Assembly: GCF_964355755.1 (NCBI RefSeq) | Contig: NC_092670.1 | Span: 33,344,388-33,408,387 of the forward strand | Length of the DNA: 64,000 nucleotides | Reading direction: 5' to 3' | Source: Antedon mediterranea | Lineage: Eukaryota > Animalia > Echinodermata | In this document: positions 41,861 through 55,420 of the stretch, in pieces | Numbering within the stretch: the stretch's first letter is position 1 | Layout: the number at the start of each line of letters is the position of its first letter | Position numbers and translations under genes: made by a program | The notes under the pieces: model-generated | Databases searched by the model: none | What the model saw: the letters and a program-made list of their open reading frames with translations, nothing else | What the model was told of the DNA's origin: nothing

Positions 41861-44239
41861 GTAAGAGATAGATTCATTTACAGTATATTCAAAGTTGTTT
41901 ATTAAAGCGTTGAAGATGTATTGTCTGTCCCTCAAAAACATAAACAAATTAAGATTAATAGATCAGATTTTGAATAGTCCCTTTTGTAGTTTAATAAACT
42001 TTCGAAAAAAAAGGTTAAATTCAACCAAAAACCCATTTACTTTGTTTAAATTGCAGTTATGTTCAGGTAAATAATTTTGTTTCGATAACATTTTTGGTCA
42101 AAGTGAATAACTAGTACTTGTCATTAAAATGATATAGACCTATTCATCAAAAAATTTATTTTTTCATGGAGAAAATATATCTTTAATTTTGGAATTTTTT
42201 TTCAATTTGTATTTATCTTACGTCATAGAATAGTATGTTTATTTTAAATTGTAACATAAAGTAGGCCCTGACTTGCAACTTGTCTCACAATACACCGTGT
42301 GCGAAAAAAGACCCAACAAATTCAAATTACTGTACAAACAAAGTACAAACGAGGTTGAAATGATACGGGTTTCACACTCTAAAAGTGAATTAACAAATGA
42401 AAACCTGGATGTTTTCTGCATTTACAACTATAAAAAAAAAACATTTTCCATTACGCCTACTTGTCTTAAGCTTCTTCAAAGCCATGAATTACGATACAGT
42501 GTAAAATCGAGACGGGTTTACAACTGGTTTCCGGGACTAATGATCTTGTTCACTTTACATCAACCTGATTGTTTAAAAAGCAGTCAAACTTCTCGTCAAA
42601 ACTAAATTGAACACAAAGTACGCACTAGTAAAACATAATTTATGTGTTCATGTCACCAATGTTTATTTTTTACTCTCTACTTAAAGTATTTCTTTGTATA
42701 TTGAACATAGTAAAATCCTTCCGAGTCGCGATGAGGGGTTACCGCGAAGGGAAAAGAAGCACGAATTGGTTACTGACCCAGTGCTTATGCTGTTTTATCA
42801 TGGTGCAGGACAGAAAGGCGTAAATAGGGTGTCAGCACGTAGGTCGGGCTGGGTGTCTCTTGTGTTATTATACAACTTAGGTGGCCTACAATTATTATAC
42901 CACGAAATAATACACTGATCATTTCTTGAATGCAAAAACAAAACCTTCACGATTATAGAGATTCCAAACTGAATTCTGACACGAATCGCTGGTGATGCAG
43001 ATATATAGTTTGCGAACAGAAAGTACACCGTACTGTACTAACTAATATTTACAAGATAGGCCTATACCGGTATGTCTCCTCCCCCGAAGTATCACATGCG
43101 TATCCGAGGAGAGGGAAACAAATGCAAAATATTTCGCTTTCCTACGTTTTCCCCGGTTTAAAACTATAGATCCGTCACTGAGCATGCGCTTTCAGAGCGC
43201 GCACGCAAACGTCAGGGAGCAGGAGAACCGTAACTTCTACTTCTAACTATTATGACAGAAAATCAACGGTACAGCATTTTTTACATCATTTCTCGATGCC
43301 ACCGACATCAGTTATAACTGACTTTATCAAATAAACTAACTCTTGACCTATTAAGAGACCTCTTAAATAAAGTATGTGAAACTTTAAAAGCATCATTTGT
43401 CTTCCGAAACATAGATTAATTTTTTCTGTAGGCCTAAAAAACAGTACATTTCAATTCGATACACAGGTCTTCCTGCAAAACGGAAATTGTCGCGAATGTA
43501 AAGATAAAACTACAAGGTCAATCAAATGTCAATGGAATATTCAGTGGATCCATTCACTTCGAGTGCAACGTAGCGCTTAAAGAACTTATCAAGTGAAAGC
43601 TCGCAGTTGCGCAGGATTGGTACGTGAATGGACATTGCACATTGTCCACACGTGTTATACTACAACGGCGATTCGCATTTTCCTTATCTGATTTTATGCA
43701 CGCGCTGGTTTTAGTGCGCGCAAGTTTTCAAGGCATCAGAAAATGTGTAATTCTTCATCAGTATATGTCATTAACTGCAATTACTGGTTGTATTAATTGA
43801 CACTAATATTCCAAAAGTGTGAACATCATTAGAATATCTTACGCTACTCTTTAAACGACATACACAAAGCGTCAAACGATCTCATGCGCATGTTTTTCAC
43901 AAACTATTTTAAGTAGACTCGATACTATACGTCCATGATATATAGTGTTTATTTTAACTTAACCCTTTAGTAATGTTGTATAATGTAAAGTGTAAGACAG
44001 TATACTAAAATGTTAGATGCGTGCGACATATTATGACTTTTTGATAAATCCTCATTCAGACAGTACGACATATCTATTGGAAATAAATGCCGCGGAGACG
44101 CGAATCTTAAACATTACATAAATACGCCTTGCCTATGTTAATTATGATTTAGAGGACTGGATTTACAACCAAATTATGCACGATATACGAGCTACAATTG
44201 TTGCATTATAACATTACACTTTGTTCTTTAGTCGATAAA

Positions 44240-44527
44240 TTTAAAATAAAACGAGCGACTACATCGGAAGTAATTGCCCAATTTAGCGATATTCAGTAAC
44301 AGTTTAGACGGTCTGTATATTTAAAAAATTCCATATTTAGAAGGCAATGCGCTCGAGATGAAAGTTTGTTTGTCAAGATTTGTTTTCTATATTTATTTAA
44401 AATAAAACGAGCGACTACTTCGGAAGTAATTGCCCAATTTAGCGATATTCACTAGTAACAATTTAGACCCTCTGTATATTTTTAAATTCCATTTTAGTAT
44501 AGAATTGCGCTCGAGTTGAAATAGTTT
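44240..44527. repeat. Diverged tandem duplication, period about 156 bp
   Basis: tttaaaataaaacgagcgactac...cggaagtaattgcccaatttagcgatattca...tgcgctcgag occurs at about 44240 and 44396. Confidence 0.85.
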
Positions 44528-44962
44528 AGGTTTTTTTTCTCCTACAAATTCACTGAACGGAAATAAACGTCATAATATTGTGAATAGAAGTTACTTTCGT
44601 GATGTGTTGTTCGACTTGTTTTTATTTCAAAAACATGATTGATGTTCCTACCATGTATCCCATCTAATTTATTTTGACATAAATTATATTTATGGATTTA
44701 AATGCTTCTCGAAGATATTTTCCGATATTTTGATTATTACGAGCTCTATTAAAATACATTACCGTGGTTTTTAGTCGCGTGCAAACGCGACTTTTTAGCT
44801 CACTATGTCGGTCGGTCGGTAAACACTAACTCAAATTTGCGCACTCGACTGCAGCCTTTTTAATTGACATTTATACTTATTATTATTATGTTTTAAATAA
44901 AAAGCCCAAATGCATCGTAGGCCTACAGAGTGTATTCTTCGTCCGTTTATTTTACCCTAAAG

Positions 44963-45372
44963 CAAAGAACTTATAACACAAGAATCTCCTGTTCTTCAAT
45001 TTGCATTCAAAACACAGTATCGGAAGTACAGGGTTAAAAGGTCAAACTGGGCGACGCCATTTCACAGCATGGAGCAGCGCCCCCTCCAAACTAGGAAGTC
45101 AATTACTCTACCCCCCCTAGAGTATTAGCAGAACCCCTCTATGATTTTGACTTTCTAATTTGATGCGGGCGCCCTACTCCTCAGTCAATTACTCTATCCC
45201 CCCTAGAGCATTAGCAGATCCCCTCTATGATTTTGACTTTCTAATTTGATGCGGGCGCCCTACTCCATGGCTCACAATGGCGCCACCCATAGCTCTATTC
45301 TATCCCACAATGCCTTTCGAAATTGTTACGCGCTTCGGACGAACAGGAGATTCTTGTGTTATAAGTTCTTTG
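44963..45372. mobile_element. Non-autonomous P-superfamily-like element (410 bp)
   Basis: Perfect 32-bp TIRs caaagaacttataacacaagaatctcctgttc; perfect 7-bp TSD CCTAAAG at 44956-44962 and 45373-45379; internal tandem duplication of about 87 bp. Confidence 0.85.
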
Positions 45373-45476
45373 CCTAAAGTCAACACAGAGAACACATCCG
45401 GGATATTTGTATCATAATAACGAAACGAAAAATAAACACGATTTGTCTGTTCTTAATGTTTGGTTTTGTTTTACAG

Positions 45477-45587
45477 GTTAATAGACCACTAGCTATGAAA
45501 AAAGATGGAATACAGACAAGAAAGAGAAAACCAAAGGGTTCCAAACCATCTCAACAGTCAACACCAAAAGATCACAGTTCAATGAAG
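45477..45587 (+). CDS. GATA4/5/6: GATA4/5/6 basic-region exon
   Basis: VNRPLAMKKDGIQTRKRKPK; TRKRKPK distinguishes the 4/5/6 class from TRNRKM in 1/2/3. Confidence 0.95.
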
Positions 45588-45940
45588 GTAGGCATTGTTT
45601 AGTTTTGTACGCCTTAAATACTAATACAGTAAGCTCTCCACAAACTAGACTGGGTAATGGAATGTAACAAGAAATACAACAATGTAAAAGTATACACGAT
45701 TGGAAAAATATTTCATATTAATATCATTGTTGTAATAATGTGATTTGAATATGTACATTTTTTAGAAGATAATTGCCAAATGTATTAACTATTGTATATT
45801 GCAATACTAATCTTTCTCTACATTTAGTGTGACTAGTGCCACCATAATACGACATGGCTCCTACATGGATATTGTTTAACAATTTCTATTATTTATCCAA
45901 TTTGTAACTGTAATATATTTTCTTTGATTTTCTATTTTAG

Positions 45941-46249
45941 ATGGACTCGTACAACAATGGAATTACCAACGTCCATTCTCTTGCTAACCCTCACTCGATC
46001 GGCGGCCCTCACTCCATCGTCAATATGCAGAGTACGCATCCGATAATGACCACCCCAACAAGTAACATCATCTTATCAAACGGATCATCAAATCCACTGA
46101 ATCTAGCTAACCCTACGCCGGAGGCTAGCCCGAACATCCAGACGAGTGTAGCTCAGACGATCTTCAACACTGTCAACCCATCTCCACCGGTAGCGGTTGC
46201 TGTTAATCTCGAGCGACACAGTCCAATTATAACAGTTAAAACCGAATGA
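45941..46249 (+). CDS. GATA4/5/6: GATA4/5/6 terminal coding exon
   Basis: Pyrimidine tract ending ttag; phase 0; S/P/T/N-rich ORF ending VKTE*. The joined CDS is 1614 nt. Confidence 0.85.
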   Translation: MDSYNNGITNVHSLANPHSIGGPHSIVNMQSTHPIMTTPTSNIILSNGSSNPLNLANPTPEASPNIQTSVAQTIFNTVNPSPPVAVAVNLERHSPIITVKTE

Positions 46250-49200
46250 AACATTAATGTGTAACAATCTGTATATAGATAAAATAATTGCGCCAAATGT
46301 GTGCTCATGGAGACAAGATTAGGGTTTAATAGAACTGTTGACAAGAGGTAGACGTGACGTCCTAAAGGTGTATAGTACATTTTACACGTGTCATTGTGTT
46401 GGAACATAATATTAAATGAACCATGTGTTTGATTTAGAATCAAATATTATTTATAATGTTGTTACCATTATATTAATGAAAACTTCAGATTACACTAATT
46501 AAGACTGAAAACCGATAAAGCGTAATGCTTGGCGTAGGCACGGATGTTATCACAACGGCGGTTCGTTACGCTCTATTGCTTCGTTCTTAGGCCGATGTGT
46601 TAAGTTGCATCGTAAACAAAAATTGCTCTAACTAATATTATTAAGGCCACAGTAATTGTTTTAAGTTTAGTTTTGCTTTTATTTCGTTGTATTATTTTCC
46701 TACAATTTGGACACCGCTTCCAATGTGTGCTTAGAATTGTACAACTTTGCATCTGTTGATGTTTAAGTATAAATAACGAATTCAATATGTCTTCCAAATA
46801 GACTACTCATTGCTTGGAAACACTGTGTTAAGCAATAAGTTTGTTTTATAGTTAAGTTTAGCTAATGAAAAAGTTATGATTTTTAAAATAATTTGCAAAT
46901 AAATGTCGGTAGTATTGGTACTCAAAAGACATATGTGCAATTATATTTTATTCAAAATTTACCAATTTAGAAAAAAGAAACATTGCTCATAACGCGATTA
47001 AAAGCACAGTAATGTACCTAACACAGGGTGAATCAGACAACTAACGAAACTGGACTTAATGTTAAAAAAACAAATATGCAACCGATCTTTACTTTATTAG
47101 TTATACGGTGGAGTAAATACTCTTTTATTAGTACACTGATTTATTTAGGTGATATTATCATTTGTATTGTATATCATATCAATATTATAAAAAAGTTTAA
47201 AACAGTTAAGTTAAATCATTGCTTGACTGGTGTGAAATTTAACTGTTGAAAAATACCTTTTGACTATTAAGCTTTAGCAAAGCATAATGTACATCGGGTC
47301 TGGGTATATGTTTTCGTAGCCTAAGTTGTCTCTTATAATTACAAACTTTCTATGGCAGAATTCACTCCAATCTCGTGTTCCCCGGCACAAAGCTATGAGG
47401 CCTAGACCGAGAGGCCAAGATGAAGACCCCTATTACATATAATACACCCAAGTATATTAATTGAGAGTGGACAATAATAAATGATTACATGTGTACTAAT
47501 AGTTGAGGTACTTTGCCCTATTAATAATTAGTCCACACATTTCAAATAGGTATGTAGTACACAAATAATTATGTTCAAGTTGTTAGTGTTTGTTATTTAA
47601 TATGCACTACTGACATCAAGTGATTGTACAGTGTTAAAACGATGCTGTATTTAAATATTATGTATAATTATTGATTAGTCCTATGTTATTACTTAAAATA
47701 AAAATGTGCAACTTATCTGACATTCAATTAGAAAAATGTCATGGAAGTATTAATGGCTGTTAGAAAATGTAAGAAAGAAATGATATTAAAATGTCTGTAA
47801 ATATTTAAAACAAACTGGTAGTTTGACCTTTTTCTGAATATGACGTGCCGTTCTTTGACGTGCCTGAACCTAGAATTCGCAAAAACTTTATCGAAGAAAC
47901 AAGAATTCTTCCATGGTACTAACACAGCATGATCATAAAGCCTGATTCCCACTTACGTGATTAGCCACACGCGACCGTTCAGACGATCCCATCGCACTGT
48001 GATTGGTCAAATTGCTTGTGTTGCGCTAGTGAGAACAACATTTTACTAGCTCCATTGGTCGTCGCAAATCGGAAACTCGCTATTTAAATTCTACTAAACA
48101 TTTTAACAAATAATATCTGTATATTAAAAATATTAATTACGGTACATTTTCTTAACATTTCAATTAAAAATAGATTTGTTCATTTTAAGTGTATTACCAT
48201 CATTAACTTTATAAATTGAAATGGCCTTTGAAAATCCTGCATATACCATCACCAGGAATAGTATAAACCACGATTTAAATGTTAAATTCAAACTTGTTAT
48301 TTTACTGATATCTGCTTATACAGTAGAATGTCACTTTAAAGGCTCAGGGTGATCATATATTTTAACTAGGTAACGGTGTACACTGATTAAACATATTGAT
48401 TAAAGACAGTGTTGATACAGTAGACCTAGTGATACCGTAATAGATAACAAAACGGGGGAGGTAAAAGTACACATTATTTGTGTTTATTCTTCTTTGATTG
48501 TAAACAATACAAACTTTATCTACCAACTCACCAATGTTTGTTCTTTATTCAGCAAGAATAAAAAAGGAAAATGGTTTTAATATAATGTTTTGTTTTTCTG
48601 ATTAGATTACACCTAGATTTTGAACGCATAATTGCCTTGTTTTATTCTGAATTTATACCCTTTACTTTTTTAATATAATGTATATATTTGATTATATCTT
48701 ACTTTTTATTTGTGTAAAAACTAGAAGTATTGTTTTAAATGCAACAGTCAGAATTGTTATTGAAATCATTAACAGGCGCACATACTTAAATAGTTAAAAA
48801 TATACAGTATTTTAAGCCATTTACTTTATTAATGTAAATGACGTAATGACGAATCCTACTAATGTACCATGATCTATATTCACACGGAGCAGTACAAACA
48901 TACACGGTAGTCATCAGTTTCTAATGTGAACGTAAGCTATTGTACTGTATAATGGTGTATTCTATTTTAAACAATATGTTACGCTCCGTATTACGTAGAT
49001 TTTTAAAAGTGTGCTTCACCAAATGTGTTTGTTAATTTGTAAAATATGATCGAGTGATTAGGTGTAATATTGGTGGCAATGAAGTGTTTATCATAAATAA
49101 ATATTTGACCGATCAATTAGTTTATTTGAATACAGGTGGTTTTGTAACTGTTTAAATTGTTCCAAAATTTCAATTACTAACCCTATTAGACTAGAGAGAC

Positions 49201-49884
49201 ACATTTCAGACGTGATAATTTGAATATTGGTTGGCCGTAAAAAAACTTACGCCTATATTTCCCCTTTTTTAACAGGAAAAGAGGGGATCAACCGTAGGCT
49301 TATTGAAGGGTGAAATGTTTAGTTTACTGGACACATAAAATAAAGCTATAGTTGGAAAAACATAATAAAGTACGAGCTTAGGAACATAATAGAGCAGCAG
49401 ATCTATTCAACACAAATACCTATCACCAGGAATCCTTAACTTTAGTTCAACAGCATAGAGAAAAAATAGGCATTGTTTAAAACGTTTGAAATACGGAAAA
49501 TGACGTATAATAATATGTGCTGTTTAGCTTCAAATCAACACTCAGACACCACAATCGAATGATCTTCACAAAGCCATTCTTTACGATATTACTTGACAAG
49601 TGAAGGAAATATAAAAACATTGCAGGTACAACGAAAACAATGTCGATAACGAAGGTGTACAGTATCATGAGAATATGAACCATTCAGTGAATTGTCCACG
49701 TAAACTTGTCAAAACAATACCTTGGATTGAAATCAACTTTCTGATTTCATGCTCGCATATTTTGTACATTCCATAACATCTCGATCTCTATCAGTAACTT
49801 GAACTTGACTGGATACCACGCATCGCCAGAGACGATTTCTTATGATTCAAAGCGCGTAAAAAACACACTTACATATGCGCTGTT

Positions 49885-50330
49885 TCTAAATACATGTGAA
49901 TTGTTAGACAAGTACAGGTGGTTACTAAATGGTTGTAAATACGTGTGGTTGGTATTATAAATGGTTGTAAATAAATGTGGTTGGTAATATTGAATAGTTG
50001 AAAATACAGATGGTTGCTAAATACAGGTGGTTGGTAATAAAGATGGTGGTTGTTAAATACAGATGGTTGAAAATACAGGTGGTTGTAATATAGAACGGTT
50101 GAAAATATAGATGTACTGTATATAGTGGTTACACATGACTGGTATTATATGGTGTTTGAAAAAAAGTGATAGGTAGTACGTACCTGTATACAGATTGTTG
50201 TAACATACACCTGGCTGGAAAATACATGTGGTTGGTAAATATATGCTTGCAAAAAAAGATGGTTGCTAAATGCAGATGATTGCAAAATGCAGGCGGTCAT
50301 TAAAACATTGGAAAATACAAGTGGATGTGC
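49885..50330. repeat. Degenerate tandem array of aaatacaggtggttg-like units
   Basis: Repeated aaatacag(g/a)tggttg variants with irregular spacing. Confidence 0.7.
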
Positions 50331-50855
50331 AATGCAAACTTCAACACATTTTTTTCTGGATGACTGTTTATTTGGTTAAAAGTTATGAATAACAAATAAA
50401 TATATATATATCTACCCTATGGTATAGAAGTGAGAAATTGGAAATAAAACAATCCGTTCCGATATTAAACAATATAATAAAATTAATATGATATAGTCTG
50501 TAATTAATAATATAAAATGAATTTAATAAATAGTGATAGCAGTTAAACACTATAAAATCAAAGTCGTATCATTATTAGTGGATAAAGATTACTAGTTATT
50601 CAGTAAATACTGTATATAAAATGTTATGTACTGTGTTTAACATAATACATGTTATCATCGGTGATTAAAATATTCTAAATATTCATTGAAGAACATATTA
50701 AATTTGATTGGAAACTAAGATATTTTAATAAATATAGCCATAGTACAGCGCCACCATGATCTGCACACAGAGAGACTGCTGTTCTCGTTTAGTGCACCAA
50801 CTTTTTATATTCTTTAATATGTACATGTGAACTGTATAGAACCAACATCTTTACA

Positions 50856-50981
50856 TCCCATCCAAAGGACTAGGTTATGAGAGTAACGTATCTTGCCTAA
50901 GGACACAAACAATATGGCACAGACAGGTATCGAACCCATGCCTCTCACATGCTAGTCCGATATCCTTTACCACTATGCCAT
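50856..50981 (-). mobile_element. tRNA-derived SINE, partial
   Basis: The reverse strand reads tggcatagtggtaaagg...ggttcgatacc...gtgtccttaggcaagatac: A/B boxes plus the same core start. Confidence 0.65.
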
Positions 50982-52147
50982 ATCACTGTAACAGATTATT
51001 CTTTTATTGTAAGCAGTTTTTAAGCAAGTTCTATTCATTTGTATTACTCTTAAGCAAGGCTAATTTCCCGATTGATCGTAATCAAAACGGTACTGGGGTA
51101 TGGTCTACTAGCGTTCCTGCTCCGAACTTGTCATCCATTCATAGAAGCCTTGATGAAGCAAGCCTACCTGGTGGTAACCATAGAACGGTCCCGAGATGAC
51201 GACTATACTTCAGCTTTAGTCGATAGAAGATTTTAAAATTGGTTAGAGAGAGTATACGGTGTTTGATTACATTAGTGTTTTATTTGTTACATTATGTGTG
51301 GAAGAGTCTATATTTGTTGTTCCACGTTGTTATAGTCTATATGATTAATCCATGTCATTTTGGTTAACCTATTTTATTTTATACATATTTAAAATAATTG
51401 TTATGATTATATTACTAATAAAAATGATATTTGTTAGTATAAATTACATAATAAAAATAGATATAAAGAAGAAATAGCAAAGAGATGATGGAGCGGCTAT
51501 TCCTGAATATACAATAATAAGTATCGTAAGTTAGTTTATAATTTTAGGCGATCTTGTCAAAGGTCAAGCGCCATAGCCTGCCACGTTTCGATATTCAATA
51601 TTGAACAGAACAGATAGGAGAAAGTCTCTATACACAGTAACCTGCAATTTGACAGAGAATTGGTTAAAGCCCAATTTACACAGAAGAGTAAGCAGAAAAC
51701 AAAATATGTAGAATATATGTTATTTCTTATGACCATTTACACAAAATGCAGAGCGGACAGGTGGTTGAGCAGAAACCCTCTCGGGATACATATTCTATGT
51801 GGGACAAGCTATGCGGTTTTCCACTTACTGCTTTTGTGTGTAAATTGGTCCTTTAACTGGCACATCCTAAACAACTCATTCATAACCAGAATATTCTTCC
51901 AAGGTGCTTTTCATGGCAAAAACCTTGTCCCTAGAGGGGGCTATATAAATGTTTAAATTATTCCAAGTACATTATCTGAACAAATGACACACAGTTCTGA
52001 TTTGAAACATCCTATAAGACAAATTTACTAGTCCCTGGCTGTCAAAAAAAAAACTCCAGCCTTTTGGAATCCACATTGGTAGCTATATTAATAAGATTAT
52101 TAAATCACTAAAACTTGATATGGCGTAGGTAAATCTATTTTTAATCT

Positions 52148-52339
52148 TTAAACACTGTCGCTTGTAACATCTTCTGTTTCAACATCTTCTGTATCAACAT
52201 CTTCTGTATCAACATCTTCTGTTTCAACATCTTCTTCCATCTTTTCATTTCTTGTTTTTTCGAAAAAATATTCAAAAGCAAAATTTTCTTCTTGTGTCAT
52301 TGTTTGTTCAACTGATCTTTTTTCTTGCAGGGCCTCAAT
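52148..52339 (-). CDS. RIOK3: RIOK3 terminal coding exon
   Basis: IEALQEKRSVEQTMTQEENFAFEYFFEK...EDVET repeats...SDSV*; preceded by ttcttag. Confidence 0.85.
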   Translation of the reverse strand: MEALQEKRSVEQTMTQEENFAFEYFFEKTRNEKMEEDVETEDVDTEDVDTEDVETEDVTSDSV

Positions 52340-52882
52340 CTAAGAAAGAAGAAACAGTTTTGTAAAAGTTAGGTAGGATATTGGCATGTGACAGGTGGAG
52401 GTGGTCTAATCTGAATATATGAGAACAATATGGTGCTGCTAGAGTACACAGTGTACAAAATCCACTGAGTTGTTATTTTTAGGTAACAAAATATTGTTAC
52501 TCATGTACAGTGATGTCACGATTATGAGCACTAACTGGCTAAACCCAGAGCTTAATGGGCCTCAATACAACCACCCATCATTGGAGAACCCTTGGGACTG
52601 CTAAACCAGAAAACCTTGCTCCCTGCATTACAGTATTGTGTATAAACAGGTGTAGTTTGGTTGACCTTATTTACCTACACTACTACAGTTTACCTGTTAA
52701 AGCAGACCTAAATGTTATAACAGATTTACTTTTAATGTTTTCTTTGCTTAATGCTATGTAAATATTTTGCAATAGCACCCTCTTCCCTCCAAAAAACTCT
52801 GAAAACTGAATCTGCCCCAAGAATACAGTAGTCATCTATACAAACAGTAAATAATATACATTATATATATAAGCTCATTCAC

Positions 52883-52990
52883 CTGTGTCAGAAATTCCTT
52901 TTCATTATCTGCATCTATATTCAGCTTTGTTACTTTATTGAAGAGATCGTGAGGCTTCAGTACTCCTTGTAAGCCGTTACTGCTAAAGAA
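52883..52990 (-). CDS. RIOK3: RIOK3 exon
   Basis: FFSSNGLQGVLKPHDLFNKVTKLNIDADNEKEFLTQ; ag/gt boundaries; phase 0-0. Confidence 0.9.
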
Positions 52991-53199
52991 CTGTGAACAT
53001 ACACAAACAGAACTTGATTTACTGTGTTATCAATACAACTGCCAGTCAATCATCAGACGTCTAAAGTGATTTTTTAAAGGTAAGTCAAGTAATATAGAAA
53101 CTAATTGATTGTCGTAAACAATTTGAGGCAAAGGAAACATTGGGTACTGTACCAGGATGATAATTGTATAACTAATACAAAGTAGCTTTGCTTTAGGAG

Positions 53200-53283
53200 C
53201 TAAGTTAATTTTTTAGATGTTTTTCCCTAAGTTAATTTTCAAGATGTTTTTCCCTAAGCTCATTTGTCAGATGTTTTGCCCTA
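53200..53283. repeat. Three-copy tandem repeat, unit about 28 bp
   Basis: ctaagttaatttt..agatgtttttcc repeated three times with decay. Confidence 0.75.
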
Positions 53284-53547
53284 CTCTGGGTGTAAAACCA
53301 ACCCTACTAGTAATCAGCTTTGTGGTTTAAATGTATGAATGGCAGGATGGTCATATGGAGGTCGTGGGTTCGAGTCCGACCCAATAAATACTTGCTTACC
53401 CTAGGTAGTATAATAGCAGTATAGTAAAAATATGTCAAGAGTAGAGCGAAACTTATGATCATGTAAATAATAATAACAAATAATTCCTAAGGTTTTTTTC
53501 ATTAACACCAATGAAAACTCACAATATTCTTCACATTTAATCCTTAC

Positions 53548-53718
53548 CTTAGAAACATTTGTACAATCTCTTAGAAGGAACTCCAGCGCAAGAGGATGGG
53601 TTGGTTCTACTGATTGGCTGACATCAATGAAGCAGACTTGACCATTGAACCATAACATGTTGTATTCACTGAGATCGGCATGAACCAGGTTGCACTCATT
53701 ATACATAGTTTCCATCAT
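53548..53718 (-). CDS. RIOK3: RIOK3 exon (catalytic and metal-binding loops)
   Basis: [12 protein letters not shown] and IDVSQSVE are RIO kinase motifs. Confidence 0.96.
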
Positions 53719-54325
53719 CTGTAGAAACAATATATAATTGGTTAACGTAGGGATGGAGACAGAATATGCCTTGTTACAATGAAGTCTGTAGCAATTATTT
53801 TACAGACATATGTCAGAACACAAACAGAGCTAAAAAAGTGATTTACCATGGAAATGACCACATGATACACTAGTTTGAACTAATGTTTACTACAGTCACG
53901 CACTACTAAGACAGTGGGTTGAGCGAAACTCGTATACTGCACTTTATAGATTATTTTCATATATTAAAAAACATTTTAAAACAGATATACGCTGGCCATT
54001 TTCAAGACATCACATTCGACATCTAGTTCTTTAGTTAGTATGTCTATTTTTTACATAAACTGTATCCAAACTGTAATTTTTGTTATCCTTACTGTACAGG
54101 AAAACAAACTGTTTAAAATAATCAGATTTATTTTTAAATAGTGTAATTTGTTCATAATTGCTATACACAACATACAGCTTCACATCCAATCTGCAGATAG
54201 ACCGGTATGTCGGTGGTGCTGGAATAATAAACACAATATTCTTTAGAGCAACAGTGCTTTTTGTGAAAGTAGCAAATTTCATTTGTGTGAATAAACAAGT
54301 TTGCAAGCCTACCAAAGAACCTTAC

Positions 54326-54485
54326 CTTTATGCACTGCTCATACGCAGCAATCATATCAATGGTTGAAAGATGAGCATCTTTTAACTTTGGGGCAGGAAC
54401 ACGGTCTTCTCCAATAAACGAGAGAACAAGAATATGCTTCTTTAGCATTATAACATCTGGACAGCAAATTCCAGCATTTCGCATT
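54326..54485 (-). CDS. RIOK3: RIOK3 exon
   Basis: MRNAGICCPDVIMLKKHILVLSFIGEDRVPAPKLKD...; phase 2-0. Confidence 0.95.
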
Positions 54486-54574
54486 CTGAAAAAGTATTTA
54501 ATAATAATAAATTTTAAAAACAAAACATAGACATGCCTTGAACATACACATACAGCATTACTAAAAAACAATAA

Positions 54575-54808
54575 GGGCATGTGGCACAGTTTGTTGGATG
54601 TAGGACTAATGATCGTGGGTTCAAATCCAACTCTCGCCACATTGCTTGTAACCTTGGGGAAGACACTTTACTTACGTTTGCCTCTCTTCACCCAGGTGTG
54701 CAAATGGGTACCTGGTAGGGTCAAAACACAACTTTGCACTGATTACTAGGTGCATTATGGGAGTATGTATGTATTGTTTTCCATGTTACATGTTTGATCC
54801 AAAAATGT
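54575..54808 (+). mobile_element. tRNA-derived SINE, 3'-truncated, in a RIOK3 intron
   Basis: Aligns by eye with 2528-2745 (tccaactctcgcc.cattgcttg...cacccaggtgt...acacaactttg...gtttgatccaaaaa). Confidence 0.8.
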
Positions 54809-54881
54809 TGTACAGTGCTTCAGGGTTTCACAACATAAGGCCCTTTCAAGGATTTTGTTGATAAAAAAATGAATTTCTCAC

Positions 54882-55064
54882 CTATTTAAATTATGCATCT
54901 CCTTCTCGGCCCACATCCGGATAATCTTCCTCGGATTCAGTTTACTAAAGCGGTCCTTAAAACGGAAGTCATCTCGAATGTATTTATCTCGAGTGCGAAA
55001 CTCATTCAACGTTGTTTTGAAGACTTTGAGGGCACACTCCTTTGGTACTAATTGAGTCTCTGCT
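54882..55064 (-). CDS. RIOK3: RIOK3 exon
   Basis: ECALKVFKTTLNEFRTRDKYIRDDFRFKDRFSKLNPRKIIRMWAEKEMHNL is a RIOK3-type segment. Confidence 0.96.
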
Positions 55065-55420
55065 CTGTAGCGATAAAAAGAGAAAGATAATGACCAGTTC
55101 GGTGTATGACGACGTCAAACACTGGGCTTATTTATCAATATAATACCAACAAATTATTTTATTTATTAATTATAAACCAATTTTCTATAAAAGTAAAGTA
55201 GAGTATTGTAAAGTTAAAATTGAGTGTCCGGTTTATTCTATTTTACTATCATATTGATTAGTCGAAAACAGAATTTTCAGAAAACCGAAAACTTTTTTAT
55301 GGTCCTAAACTTGTGTCTTTTTTATTTATTAATTATTTTTGTTTAAAGGCAATTTGAAAACAAGACGTTTTTGGAAAATTTGGTTATCCGAATATAGTTT
55401 TTAAAAAGTCGACCAATTAC

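Noticed and set aside
42273-43028. Intronic ORFs of 74-110 aa in the GATA gene
   Set aside because: Two of the three start at TTG and the third at GTG, they have no motifs, and their length is compatible with chance.
45658-45680. tggaatgtaacaagaaatac resembles mature miR-1 (miR-1/133 clusters lie near vertebrate GATA5 and GATA6)
   Set aside because: It diverges after 10 nt, no complementary upstream arm forms a precursor hairpin, and no miR-133 sequence was seen.
49477-51240. Possible extra gene between GATA and RIOK3 (ORFs 49477-49683 and 50975-51199)
   Set aside because: No recognisable domain and no phase-consistent exon chain found; a non-coding transcript cannot be excluded.
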